Shown here one piece after another: positions 8,056 through 15,584 of a DNA stretch of 64,000 nucleotides. Origin of the DNA: an uncultured bacterium (lineage in GTDB: Bacteria; Bacillota; Clostridia; Oscillospirales; Ruminococcaceae); the NCBI GenBank assembly GCA_905215965.1, contig CAJMSD010000002.1, positions 196,866 through 260,865 on the forward strand, written 5' to 3'. A model generated the notes under the pieces. The model searched no databases. It worked only from the letters and a program-made list of their open reading frames with translations, and was not told the origin of the DNA. The translations under genes were made by a program, and so were the position numbers. How positions within the stretch are numbered: the stretch's first letter is position 1; the number at the start of each line of letters is the position of its first letter.

Positions 8056-8634
8056 ATGAAAAACAAGGTATGGATCATAATTGCGGTCGTATTTGTTGCG
8101 ATCATGATAATGGCGGCGGCGCTTTATCCGAAGCTTTCGGAAAAGTATTTTGCCAATGAAACCTCGGACAATTCTGCCGAGGAAAAGCCTAACAACACCC
8201 CGTCCGAGGCGGTGGTTCAGGCGGACGATTTCACCGTTTATGATTCGGAAATGAATGAAGTAAAGCTTTCGGATAACTTTGGCAAGCCGATCGTTATAAA
8301 CTTCTGGGCTTCCTGGTGCAGTCCGTGTAAATCCGAGCTTCCGGCGTTTGATGCAATGTACGAAAAATACAACGATAAGGTTGTGTTTATGATGATAAAT
8401 CTCACCGACGGATATAACGAAACGGTAAACGGCGTCAAAGAATTTGTATCCGATGGCGGCTACAGCTTCCCCGTATATTACGACATCAAATATGAAGCAT
8501 CTAACATCTACGGAATTCGTTCAATTCCAGAAACCATATTTATTAATGCCGACGGCTCACTTTATGAAACACGAATTGGCGCCATGAGTGAGAAGGTTTT
8601 GGAAAATTATATTAAGCAAATGATAGGAGAATAA
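8056..8634 (+). CDS. Membrane-anchored TlpA/ResA-family thioredoxin-fold thiol-disulfide oxidoreductase (extracytoplasmic)
   Basis: An N-terminal TM anchor, then NFWASWCSPCKSELP (a WCxxC active site). Confidence 0.85.
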   Translation: MKNKVWIIIAVVFVAIMIMAAALYPKLSEKYFANETSDNSAEEKPNNTPSEAVVQADDFTVYDSEMNEVKLSDNFGKPIVINFWASWCSPCKSELPAFDAMYEKYNDKVVFMMINLTDGYNETVNGVKEFVSDGGYSFPVYYDIKYEASNIYGIRSIPETIFINADGSLYETRIGAMSEKVLENYIKQMIGE

Positions 8635-8636
8635 AA

Positions 8637-8834
8637 ATGAAAATCAGATTAAATCCCGATACGGAAATTGTCAATACCATAAAAGAAGGACTGAAAAAGA
8701 CTGGCGGCTACTGCCCTTGCCGCAGAGAAAAAACGGATGATACCAAGTGTATGTGCAAGGAATTCAAGGATCAGATTGCCGATCCAAGCTTTGAAGGCTT
8801 TTGCCACTGTATGCTCTACTATAAGGAAAAGTAA
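8637..8834 (+). CDS. Ferredoxin:thioredoxin reductase catalytic-subunit-like protein (65 aa, minimal FTR-B domain)
   Basis: YCPCRREKTDDTKCMCKEFK...FEGFCHCMLYY matches the CPC...CxC...CHCML(F/Y) signature of FTR catalytic chains. An AGGAG RBS is present and the gene is tightly packed behind the tlpA-like gene. Confidence 0.65.
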   Translation: MKIRLNPDTEIVNTIKEGLKKTGGYCPCRREKTDDTKCMCKEFKDQIADPSFEGFCHCMLYYKEK

Positions 8835-8877
8835 CATCAGCATCAAATACCATAATAAAATATAATTAATCGGAGGA

Positions 8878-9087
8878 ATGAGTATGGCGTCTAAACGATA
8901 TGCGTCCGTAAATAAGGCAAATTGTGTTGCCTGCGGCGCTTGCGAAAACATTTGCCCGTTAGGAGCAATAAGTGTACATAAAGGATGTTTTGCAAAGGTT
9001 TCGGAAGATAAATGTGTAGGCTGCGGAAAATGCGAAAAGGTTTGCCCGGCAAACAGTATTACAATGGAAAGCAGGGCGAATATATGA
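8878..9087 (+). CDS. 2x[4Fe-4S] ferredoxin
   Basis: CVACGACENICP and CVGCGKCEKVCP motifs. Confidence 0.85.
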   Translation: MSMASKRYASVNKANCVACGACENICPLGAISVHKGCFAKVSEDKCVGCGKCEKVCPANSITMESRANI

Positions 9088-9674
9088 AAGCAAAGAAAAA
9101 ACATTGGTATAACTATTTATGGATATGGTCGATCGTATATTTCGCTCTGGGATTTTTCAATATTCTGTTTGCCTGGCTCGGTATGATTGATTTTCTGTTG
9201 CCACTCATACTCGCTGTATTCGGCGGTAACAAGTTTTTCTGCAATCATCTTTGCGGCAGAGGTCAGCTATATTGTAAGCTGGGCGGTGATCTTAAATGCT
9301 CCCGAAACAAGCCAACACCGAAATGGATGGCATCAAAATGGTTTCGGTATGGATTCCTGATATTTTTCCTTACTATGTTCGGGAATATGGTGTTTCAGAC
9401 CTATCTTGTGGGAAGCGGTGCGAAAAATCTGCGTGAGGCGATCAAGCTGTTCTGGACATTCCGCGTACCGTGGGGATGGACATATTCAGAAAGCATATTC
9501 CCAGATTGGGTGGCACAGTTCAGCTTCGGATTTTACAGCTTAATGCTCACATCGCTTTTGATCGGTTTTATTGTCATGATTTTCTTTAAGCCGAGAACAT
9601 GGTGCGCTTTCTGCCCAATGGGAACAATGACGCAGATAATCTGCAAATTAAGGAATAGAAAAAACAGTAAGTGA
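9084..9674 (+). CDS. Polytopic membrane 4Fe-4S-binding protein (NapH/MauN-like Fer4_5 type)
   Basis: TM helices with FFCNHLCGRGQ and WCAFCPMGT Cys motifs. I set the start at ATG 9084 (MKAKKKHWYNY), which overlaps the ferredoxin stop (ATATGA). Confidence 0.7.
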   Translation: MKAKKKHWYNYLWIWSIVYFALGFFNILFAWLGMIDFLLPLILAVFGGNKFFCNHLCGRGQLYCKLGGDLKCSRNKPTPKWMASKWFRYGFLIFFLTMFGNMVFQTYLVGSGAKNLREAIKLFWTFRVPWGWTYSESIFPDWVAQFSFGFYSLMLTSLLIGFIVMIFFKPRTWCAFCPMGTMTQIICKLRNRKNSK

Positions 9675-9743
9675 CAACATCACAGAACTCTGATTTCAAA
9701 TCAGGTATAATAAAAATACAATAAAACAAAGGAGGACACGAAA

Positions 9744-10049
9744 ATGTCTGTAATTAAAATCAATAAAGAAAATTTCGCAAGCGAAGTTTTGAATTCTAAT
9801 AAACCAGTTCTTCTCGATTTCTATGCCGATTGGTGCGGCCCCTGCCGTATGGTAGGTCCGATCGTATCTGAAATTGCAAATGAACGAAGCGATGTCAAAG
9901 TCGGCAAAATCAATGTTGACGAACAGCCGGAGCTTGCGGCACAGTTTCAGGTAATGAGCATTCCCATGCTTGCTGTCATCAAAAATGGAAAGCTCGAAAA
10001 TCAGGTTGTAGGTTACAGACCGAAAGAGCAGATTGAAGCAATGCTGTAA
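9744..10049 (+). CDS. trxA: Thioredoxin
   Basis: DFYADWCGPCRMVGP active site, 101 aa, AAGGAGG RBS. Confidence 0.9.
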   Translation: MSVIKINKENFASEVLNSNKPVLLDFYADWCGPCRMVGPIVSEIANERSDVKVGKINVDEQPELAAQFQVMSIPMLAVIKNGKLENQVVGYRPKEQIEAML

Positions 10050-10059
10050 GAGGAAAAAT

Positions 10060-10170
10060 ATGGGACTGTTTAATCTTTTCCGCACCGCCGACATCAACGT
10101 CGGTGTCGCGGAATACGAAACAAATGACGGCGCTGTGTTGCTGGATGTCAGAAAGGCGGTAAATAAATGA
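10060..10170 (+). pseudogene. 36-codon stub of a rhodanese-domain gene, whose stop overlaps the start of the next gene
   Basis: My translation is MGLFNLFRTADINVGVAEYETNDGAVLLDVRKAVNK*. It matches the first about 31 aa of about 100-aa single-domain rhodaneses (..GAVLLDVR..) and then ends. Its TGA overlaps ATG 10167 (ATGA). Confidence 0.45.
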
Positions 10171-11858
10171 AGGTTGTTATTATAGGCGGTGTTGCAGGCG
10201 GAGCTACTGCGGCTGCAAGAATACGCAGGCTTGATGAACAGGCAGAAATCGTTGTTTTTGAGCGTTCGGGATTCATTTCCTATGCCAATTGTGGTCTGCC
10301 GTACTATATCGGCGGCACCATTGAAGATGAAAGCGCTCTGACCTTGCAGACGCCCGAAAGCTTTTGGAAGCGTTTCAGAGTTAAGATGAATGTGCATCAT
10401 GAGGTTACGGCAATCCACCCGGACAGCAAAACCGTTACCGTAAAAAATCTTGAAAACGGCAAAGTCTTTACCGAAAGTTATGACAAGCTCGTGCTTTCTC
10501 CCGGTGCAAAGCCGATAAAACCAAACTTTGAAGGTATTGACAGTGACAAGATATTTACTCTCCGTACCGTTGAGGATACGTTTAAAGTCAAGAAATATAC
10601 GGATGAGCATCATCCGAAATCGGCAGTTGTGGTCGGCGGAGGTTTCATTGGAATCGAGGTTGCGGAGAACTTAAGTGATCTCGGAATAGATGTAACGCTT
10701 GTCGAAGCCGCAGAGCAGCTTATGACTCCATTTGACAGAGATATGGCATCGTTTATTCATGCCGAAATCCGCAAAAACGGTATCCATCTGATGCTTGATA
10801 CTATGGTAGAAGGCTTTGCCGATAACGATTGCGGCATTAATGTGAAGCTCAAAAACGCTCAGGCGCTTCATACCGATATGGTTGTAATGGCAATCGGCGT
10901 TGCTCCGGAAACCACACTTGCAAAAAATGCAGGACTTGAGCTCGGCATAAAGGGCAGTATTGTTGTCAATGACAGAATGGAAACCTCTGTTCCCGATATT
11001 TATGCAGTTGGAGATGCGGTGCAGATCAAAAATTTTGTAACGGATATAGACACATTGATCTCCCTTGCCGGTCCCGCCAACAAACAGGGCAGAATTGCCG
11101 CCGACAACATTTGCGGCGGTGACAGTCGTTACACGGGCGGTCAGGGCAGCTCGGTAATCAAGATATTTGATATGACCGCCGCCTCTACCGGTATTAACGA
11201 AAAAACCGCAAAATCTCTCGGTATCGCTGTAGATAAGGTTATTCTTTCCCCCATGAGTCATGCCGGATATTATCCCGGCGGAAAGATAATGACAATGAAG
11301 GTTTTATTTGAAAAAGAAACATATCGTCTGCTCGGCGCACAAATTATCGGTTTTGACGGTGTGGATAAGCGTATTGACGTGCTGGCAACCGCTATCCGTG
11401 CCGGCATGAAGGCATACGAGCTTACAGAGCTTGATCTTGCCTACGCACCGCCCTATTCCTCAGCGAAAGATCCCGTGAATATGGCAGGTTATATCATCGA
11501 AAATATGAAAAACGGTATTGTAAAGCAGTGGTATTACGAGGAGGATGAAAGACTTCCCCGTGACGGAAGCGTTACGCTTCTCGATACACGCACACCAATG
11601 GAATACAGCATAGGTCATGCAGAAGGTTTTATTAATATTCCGGTGGACGAGCTGCGTGAACGTATTGATGAGCTTGACAAAAGCAAGCCTGTCTATATCA
11701 TGTGTCAAAGCGGACTTAGAAGCTATATCGCAAGCAGAATTCTAATGGGCAACGGTTTTGATGCCTATAACTTTGCAGGCGGCTTCCGATTCTATGATGC
11801 AGTTCATAATGATAAAGCGTTAAATAAAAAATCCACTCCCTGCGGAATGGATGACTGA
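10167..11858 (+). CDS. CoA-disulfide reductase / NADH oxidase family flavoprotein with a C-terminal rhodanese domain
   Basis: GGVAGGATAAARIRR is the FAD-binding motif. SYANCGLPYYIGG carries the redox Cys. The C-terminus LLDTRTPMEY...IMCQSGLRS is a rhodanese active-site loop. Confidence 0.85.
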   Translation: MKVVIIGGVAGGATAAARIRRLDEQAEIVVFERSGFISYANCGLPYYIGGTIEDESALTLQTPESFWKRFRVKMNVHHEVTAIHPDSKTVTVKNLENGKVFTESYDKLVLSPGAKPIKPNFEGIDSDKIFTLRTVEDTFKVKKYTDEHHPKSAVVVGGGFIGIEVAENLSDLGIDVTLVEAAEQLMTPFDRDMASFIHAEIRKNGIHLMLDTMVEGFADNDCGINVKLKNAQALHTDMVVMAIGVAPETTLAKNAGLELGIKGSIVVNDRMETSVPDIYAVGDAVQIKNFVTDIDTLISLAGPANKQGRIAADNICGGDSRYTGGQGSSVIKIFDMTAASTGINEKTAKSLGIAVDKVILSPMSHAGYYPGGKIMTMKVLFEKETYRLLGAQIIGFDGVDKRIDVLATAIRAGMKAYELTELDLAYAPPYSSAKDPVNMAGYIIENMKNGIVKQWYYEEDERLPRDGSVTLLDTRTPMEYSIGHAEGFINIPVDELRERIDELDKSKPVYIMCQSGLRSYIASRILMGNGFDAYNFAGGFRFYDAVHNDKALNKKSTPCGMDD

Positions 11859-11902
11859 TATGCGGTGTCGGTAAAGACCAATTCAGCAAAGAATGAAAAA
11901 CG

Positions 11903-11941
11903 AAGCGTTGAGAATTTTTTCAAAAACTCAACGCTTTATTT
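11903..11941. terminator. Bidirectional terminator between the convergent CoADR and Crp/Fnr genes
   Basis: AAGCGTTGAG-N14-CTCAACGCTT, flanked by A and T runs. Confidence 0.7.
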
Positions 11942-12600
11942 TATTTGTCTATTATATCTTCAAGCCCTTTTCTATCCTTAATTTCAATCGTTCCACGGGA
12001 AAGTGATATAAGTCCTTCGTTTACAAAATACTTTAGCATTCGTGTAACCACTTCACGAGGATTTCCTAAGTGATTGCCGATCGTTTCGTGAGTGATTTTA
12101 AGTGTATCGGAGTTTTCGATACTCATTTCATTCAAAAGAAAATCAGCAAGTCTTTTATCAAAGCTTTTCCACATTATCTGATCCATCAGCCACATTACAT
12201 CTGAAAATCGGCTTGCCATAACTTCGTTAGTATAATTGGCGAGCGGTGCAGAAACCTCCATAATACTCTTGTAAACCTCCGGCTGGATCACAAGGACTTC
12301 AGTATCTTTTTCTGCGGCAATTGTTATGTCAAACTGAATACTGTTCATAATACAAGAAGCAGAGAAAAGACAGATATCACGTTCAAAAAGACGGTACATT
12401 GTGATCTCTCTGCCATCATCGGAAATGGTAAAAGCACGAAGCTGACCTGATATTACAAGGATAAGTCCTGTGCAATTCTGTGAACCATTATGTAGAATCT
12501 CACTCTTCTTAAAGTGACGGTTTACTGCTGAGTTTATTAGTGCATCCTGCTGCAATTGATTCAATTTATTCCAAACAGGCAGATATGTTAGATAATTCAT
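11941..12600 (-). CDS. Crp/Fnr-family transcriptional regulator
   Basis: A cNMP-binding-like barrel plus the C-terminal HTH (THETIGNHLGNPREVVTRMLK). I set the start at ATG 12600 (MNYLTYL), 8 nt after AAGGAGG. The track start at 12621 is a GTG inside the RBS region. Confidence 0.85.
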   Translation of the reverse strand: MNYLTYLPVWNKLNQLQQDALINSAVNRHFKKSEILHNGSQNCTGLILVISGQLRAFTISDDGREITMYRLFERDICLFSASCIMNSIQFDITIAAEKDTEVLVIQPEVYKSIMEVSAPLANYTNEVMASRFSDVMWLMDQIMWKSFDKRLADFLLNEMSIENSDTLKITHETIGNHLGNPREVVTRMLKYFVNEGLISLSRGTIEIKDRKGLEDIIDK

Positions 12601-12626
12601 AAACAAAACCTCCTTTTTCACATTTT

Positions 12627-12655
12627 ATTATAACATGATTTATGGCATATGTCAA
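12627..12655 (-). promoter_or_regulatory. Consensus promoter TTGACA-17-TATAAT for the Crp/Fnr gene
   Basis: The minus strand reads TTGACA (12655-12650), TATGCCATAAATCATGT (17 nt), TATAAT (12632-12627). Confidence 0.65.
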
Positions 12656-12680
12656 TAAAGTTATTGACATATGCCATAAA
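12639..12680. promoter_or_regulatory. Perfect 20-bp-arm inverted repeat (operator candidate) spanning both -35 boxes of the divergent promoters
   Basis: tttatggcatatgtcaataa-ag-ttattgacatatgccataaa. The arms at 12639-12658 and 12661-12680 are exact reverse complements. Confidence 0.9.
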
Positions 12681-12692
12681 AGGCACTATAAT
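12664..12692 (+). promoter_or_regulatory. Consensus promoter TTGACA-17-TATAAT for the DUF134/NifX operon
   Basis: TTGACA at 12664-12669, a 17-nt spacer, TATAAT at 12687-12692. The ATG at 12711 is preceded by a GAGGTG RBS. Confidence 0.65.
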
Positions 12693-12710
12693 ATATGCAG
12701 AGGTGATGAA

Positions 12711-13436
12711 ATGCCAAGACCAAAAAAATGCAGAAAGGTCTGTCAAATGCCTGAAATCAGGGAATTTCAGCCTGTAGGAGAAAAACTTTGCCGTTCTGCG
12801 GTGGTGCTGTCTGTCGATGAATATGAAGCCGTTCGTTTAATTGATAAGCAGGGCTTTTCTCAGGAAAAATGCGGCATATATATGCAAATCGCAAGAACTA
12901 CTGTACAAATGATATATGACTCCGCAAGGAAAAAATTAGCGGAGGCTCTTGTAAGCGGACTTCCCCTAAAAATTGAAGGCGGAGATTTCAGACTTTGTGA
13001 CGGTAAAGAAGAATATTGCGGCTGTGGAGGTTGCAGAAGACACCGCCGTAATCAAATTGCAATACAACATAAGGAGGACGGAAAAATGAGAATTGCGATT
13101 CCTCTTGATGAAAATAAACAGGATACTTGTATTGTTTTGTCAAGAGCGCGCTATTTTTTATTTCAGGATGGAGCTTCACAAACTATCGTGGAGAACCCAG
13201 CCGCTGATGCTCAGGGAGGAGCAGGGGTACAAGCTGCTCAATTCTTAGTGGATAACGAAGTAAATGTGCTGATTACTGTACGCTGCGGTCAGAATGCCGC
13301 TGATGTGTTTACCGCTGCAGGAGTGAAAATATATAAATCCGCAGGGAAAACCGCAGCGGAGGATTTAGAAGCCTTTGCAGACGGTAATCTTAAAGAATTG
13401 ACACAGTTTCACGGCGGGTATCACGGAAACCTGTGA
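12711..13436 (+). CDS. Fusion protein: DUF134 (sigma-70 region-4-like HTH) domain plus NifB/NifX-like iron-molybdenum-cofactor-binding-family domain
   Basis: MPRPKKCRKVC...LSVDEYEAVRLIDKQGFSQEKCGIYMQIARTTVQMIY is the DUF134 signature. MRIAIPLDE...VNVLITVRCGQNAADVFTAAGVKIY is the NifX/NifB-like fold. I moved the start to 12711. Confidence 0.8.
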   Translation: MPRPKKCRKVCQMPEIREFQPVGEKLCRSAVVLSVDEYEAVRLIDKQGFSQEKCGIYMQIARTTVQMIYDSARKKLAEALVSGLPLKIEGGDFRLCDGKEEYCGCGGCRRHRRNQIAIQHKEDGKMRIAIPLDENKQDTCIVLSRARYFLFQDGASQTIVENPAADAQGGAGVQAAQFLVDNEVNVLITVRCGQNAADVFTAAGVKIYKSAGKTAAEDLEAFADGNLKELTQFHGGYHGNL

Positions 13437-13476
13437 AACGAAACGCAAATAATTGTTTTCTGAAAGGAGGATGATT

Positions 13477-14214
13477 GTGAAAATTGCGGTTTTAAGCGGC
13501 AAAGGAGGAACAGGAAAAACCTTTGTATCCTGCAATCTTGCTGCCGCTATCGGAAAATCCGCTTATATTGACTGCGATGTGGAAGAACCTAACGGACATT
13601 TGTTTTTTAAGCCGACTGAGATTATCGAAAAACCCGTGTATGTTAAGATACCGCAGATCATAGCGGATAAATGTAATCATTGCCGTAAATGTGCGGATTT
13701 TTGCCATTTTAATGCTTGGGAAGCATTTGCAGGTGAATCACAGGCAAGAAACAAATACACATATTTTGCTTCTGTTGCAAAGAAAGCAGGCTTCGAGCAA
13801 ATCGCCGCACTTTTCCTACAGACTGCCGAAAATGAAAAGGAACACGCAAAACTGTGGTTTAAGGCACTCGGTGAGCTTGGTGACACTGCCGAAAACCTGC
13901 TTCATGCGGCGGAAGGCGAAAATGCCGAGTGGACGGATATGTATGACCGTATGGCAAGAGAAGCTGATGAAGAGGGCTTCCACGATTTAGCTGAACAGTT
14001 CCGTGGCGTTGCCGCTATTGAGAAAGCGCACGAGGAAAGATACCGTACCCTTCTTAAAAATGTTGAAACAAAAGCAGTGTTTGAAAAATCCGGCGTAACG
14101 ATTTGGGAATGCCGCAACTGCGGACATATCGTTGTCGGCACGATTGCTCCCGAAATCTGCCCTGTATGTAAGCATCCGCAAGCCTATTTTGAAGTTCGTA
14201 AAGAAAACTACTAA
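13477..14214 (+). CDS. Chimeric ORF: the first ~80 aa of a MinD/ParA-type P-loop ATPase with a 4Fe-4S motif, fused in frame to a near full-length rubrerythrin
   Basis: [22 protein letters not shown]...[17 protein letters not shown]...[15 protein letters not shown] is the ATPase N-terminus. It switches at about 13714-13720 to [18 protein letters not shown]...[10 protein letters not shown]...[13 protein letters not shown]...[10 protein letters not shown]...CRNCGH...[12 protein letters not shown], a rubrerythrin with its rubredoxin-like C-terminus. The likely start is GTG 13477, 6 nt after AGGAGG. Confidence 0.75.
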   Translation: MKIAVLSGKGGTGKTFVSCNLAAAIGKSAYIDCDVEEPNGHLFFKPTEIIEKPVYVKIPQIIADKCNHCRKCADFCHFNAWEAFAGESQARNKYTYFASVAKKAGFEQIAALFLQTAENEKEHAKLWFKALGELGDTAENLLHAAEGENAEWTDMYDRMAREADEEGFHDLAEQFRGVAAIEKAHEERYRTLLKNVETKAVFEKSGVTIWECRNCGHIVVGTIAPEICPVCKHPQAYFEVRKENY

Positions 14215-14227
14215 GGAAAAATAAAAA

Positions 14228-14464
14228 ATGCGAGAAAAGTTTTATATTTGCCGCCATTGTGGTAACTTGATTGGTCTTATCCATGATACAGAAGTCCCCA
14301 TGATGTGCTGCGGGTCAAAGACGGAGGCGCTGGTTCCCAACACCACTGAAGCCGCAGGCGAAAAACATCTGCCTTTTGTTCATGCAGAAGACGGTTCCGT
14401 TTATGTAAGGGTCGGCGAAACAACTCACCCAATGACCGAAGAGCACTACATTTTGTTTAGCTAA
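14228..14464 (+). pseudogene. Desulfoferrodoxin (2Fe superoxide reductase) truncated at residue 78 of ~125
   Basis: FYICRHCGNL...MMCCG is the desulforedoxin-like centre I. EKHLPFV...VGETTHPMTEEHYI is the start of the SOR domain. The ORF stops just after EEHYI, so the C-terminal His/Cys ligands of centre II are missing. I saw no continuation in the other frames. Confidence 0.6.
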
Positions 14465-14741
14465 TCAAGAATTCTTTTCTCTAATTACTCATAAATGTCT
14501 GCAAAATAAATGTTCAGCATACCGCTTTCAAATATACAGACAGATAGGTTCATCTTCGACAATTCAGTTCCATTTTCAATCTTAAAATGATAGTCTTTAA
14601 AAATAAAACGATACCCTAAATTTGTCGTTTTATTTTTGTTCTGAAAAACAAAACGCCTGCCGTGGAATTCAACCACGACAGGCGTTATTGACTTTGAAGT
14701 TCGGAAAAATCATGTGTTTTCGGCACTTTTACAAAAAGAAA

Positions 14742-14773
14742 GCACCGCACGATTGTATCATTCGTGCGGTGCA
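14742..14773 (-). terminator. Rho-independent terminator of tRNA-Gln
   Basis: On the minus strand, GCACCGCACGAA-tgatacaa-TCGTGCGGTGC followed by TTTCTTTTTGT. Confidence 0.8.
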
Positions 14774-14777
14774 GATA

Positions 14778-14853
14778 TGGTTGGAGTAGCTGGATTTGAA
14801 CCAGCGGAATGAGGGAGTCAAAGTCCCTTGCCTTACCACTTGGCTATACCCCA
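14778..14853 (-). tRNA. tRNA-Gln (anticodon UUG), CCA-encoded
   Basis: The reverse complement is TGGGGTATAGCCAAGTGGTAAGGCAAGGGACTTTGACTCCCTCATTCCGCTGGTTCAAATCCAGCTACTCCAACCA. It folds as a cloverleaf with a 7-bp acceptor stem, anticodon loop CTTTGAC, a GGTTCAAATCC T-arm and a 3' CCA. Confidence 0.9.
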
Positions 14854-14998
14854 ATAAGCATACTATATTATATCAAAGATTCACGAAAAATTCAATAGGA
14901 ATATGATATATTATTATTTTTTTACAATTACAGCAGTTGCAATCATTAATAAAATATGATATCATTAGAATAATCTGATAGAAAAAGGAGCGGTCAAT

Positions 14999-15481
14999 AT
15001 GAAAAGGCTTGATTACATAAACTGGGACGAATATTTTATGGGGATCGCAATTCTCTCGGCGGAAAGAAGCAAGGATAATTCCACTCAGGTCGGGGCGTGT
15101 ATTGTAAACAACGAAAAGAAGATAGTATCTGTCGGCTATAACGGTATGCCAACAGGCTGCAATGACGACGATATGCCGTGGGAACGCAGCGCAGACTGTC
15201 GGCTAAACACAAAATATCCCTTTGTTTGTCATGCCGAGCTGAACGCGATTCTTAACAGCAGCATCAACTCGCTCAGCGGCTGCACGCTTTACGTTACGCT
15301 TTTTCCGTGCAACGAATGCGCAAAGGCTATTATTCAATGCGGTATAAAGCACGTTATTTACTATGCCAATAAATACGCGGATACCGACGAGGTAAAGGCG
15401 TCGGCTATGATGTTTGAGAAATGCGGAGTAACCGTCAATAAGTATGTTCCAAGCGGAAAGGTCATAAATATAAATGTGTGA
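14999..15481 (+). CDS. comEB: dCMP deaminase (ComEB family)
   Basis: CHAELNAI and PCNECAKAI are the zinc-binding motifs. Confidence 0.9.
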   Translation: MKRLDYINWDEYFMGIAILSAERSKDNSTQVGACIVNNEKKIVSVGYNGMPTGCNDDDMPWERSADCRLNTKYPFVCHAELNAILNSSINSLSGCTLYVTLFPCNECAKAIIQCGIKHVIYYANKYADTDEVKASAMMFEKCGVTVNKYVPSGKVININV

Positions 15482-15507
15482 TCAACCAATTTGATTTTTG
15501 TAAAAAT

Positions 15508-15527
15508 AAGGCGGCTTTTGCCGCCTT
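15508..15527. terminator. Hairpin terminator between the convergent comEB and glnN genes
   Basis: AAGGCGGC-tttt-GCCGCCTT. The A-run before it gives a U-tract on the minus strand. Confidence 0.5.
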
Positions 15528-15584
15528 AATCCATCGAAAAAGTTATTGTATTTTTGATGCGAACATAAAAATGAAGTTTAGGTC

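Noticed and set aside
9696-10613. 305-aa minus-strand ORF.
   Set aside because: It is antisense to trxA and the CoADR gene, both of which have clear catalytic motifs. It has no RBS or recognisable domain, and its composition is typical of shadow ORFs.
14485-14676. 63-aa minus-strand ORF downstream of the truncated desulfoferrodoxin.
   Set aside because: Its start lies inside a terminator hairpin. It has no RBS and sits in AT-rich filler. It cannot be excluded as a tiny gene, but there is no support for it.
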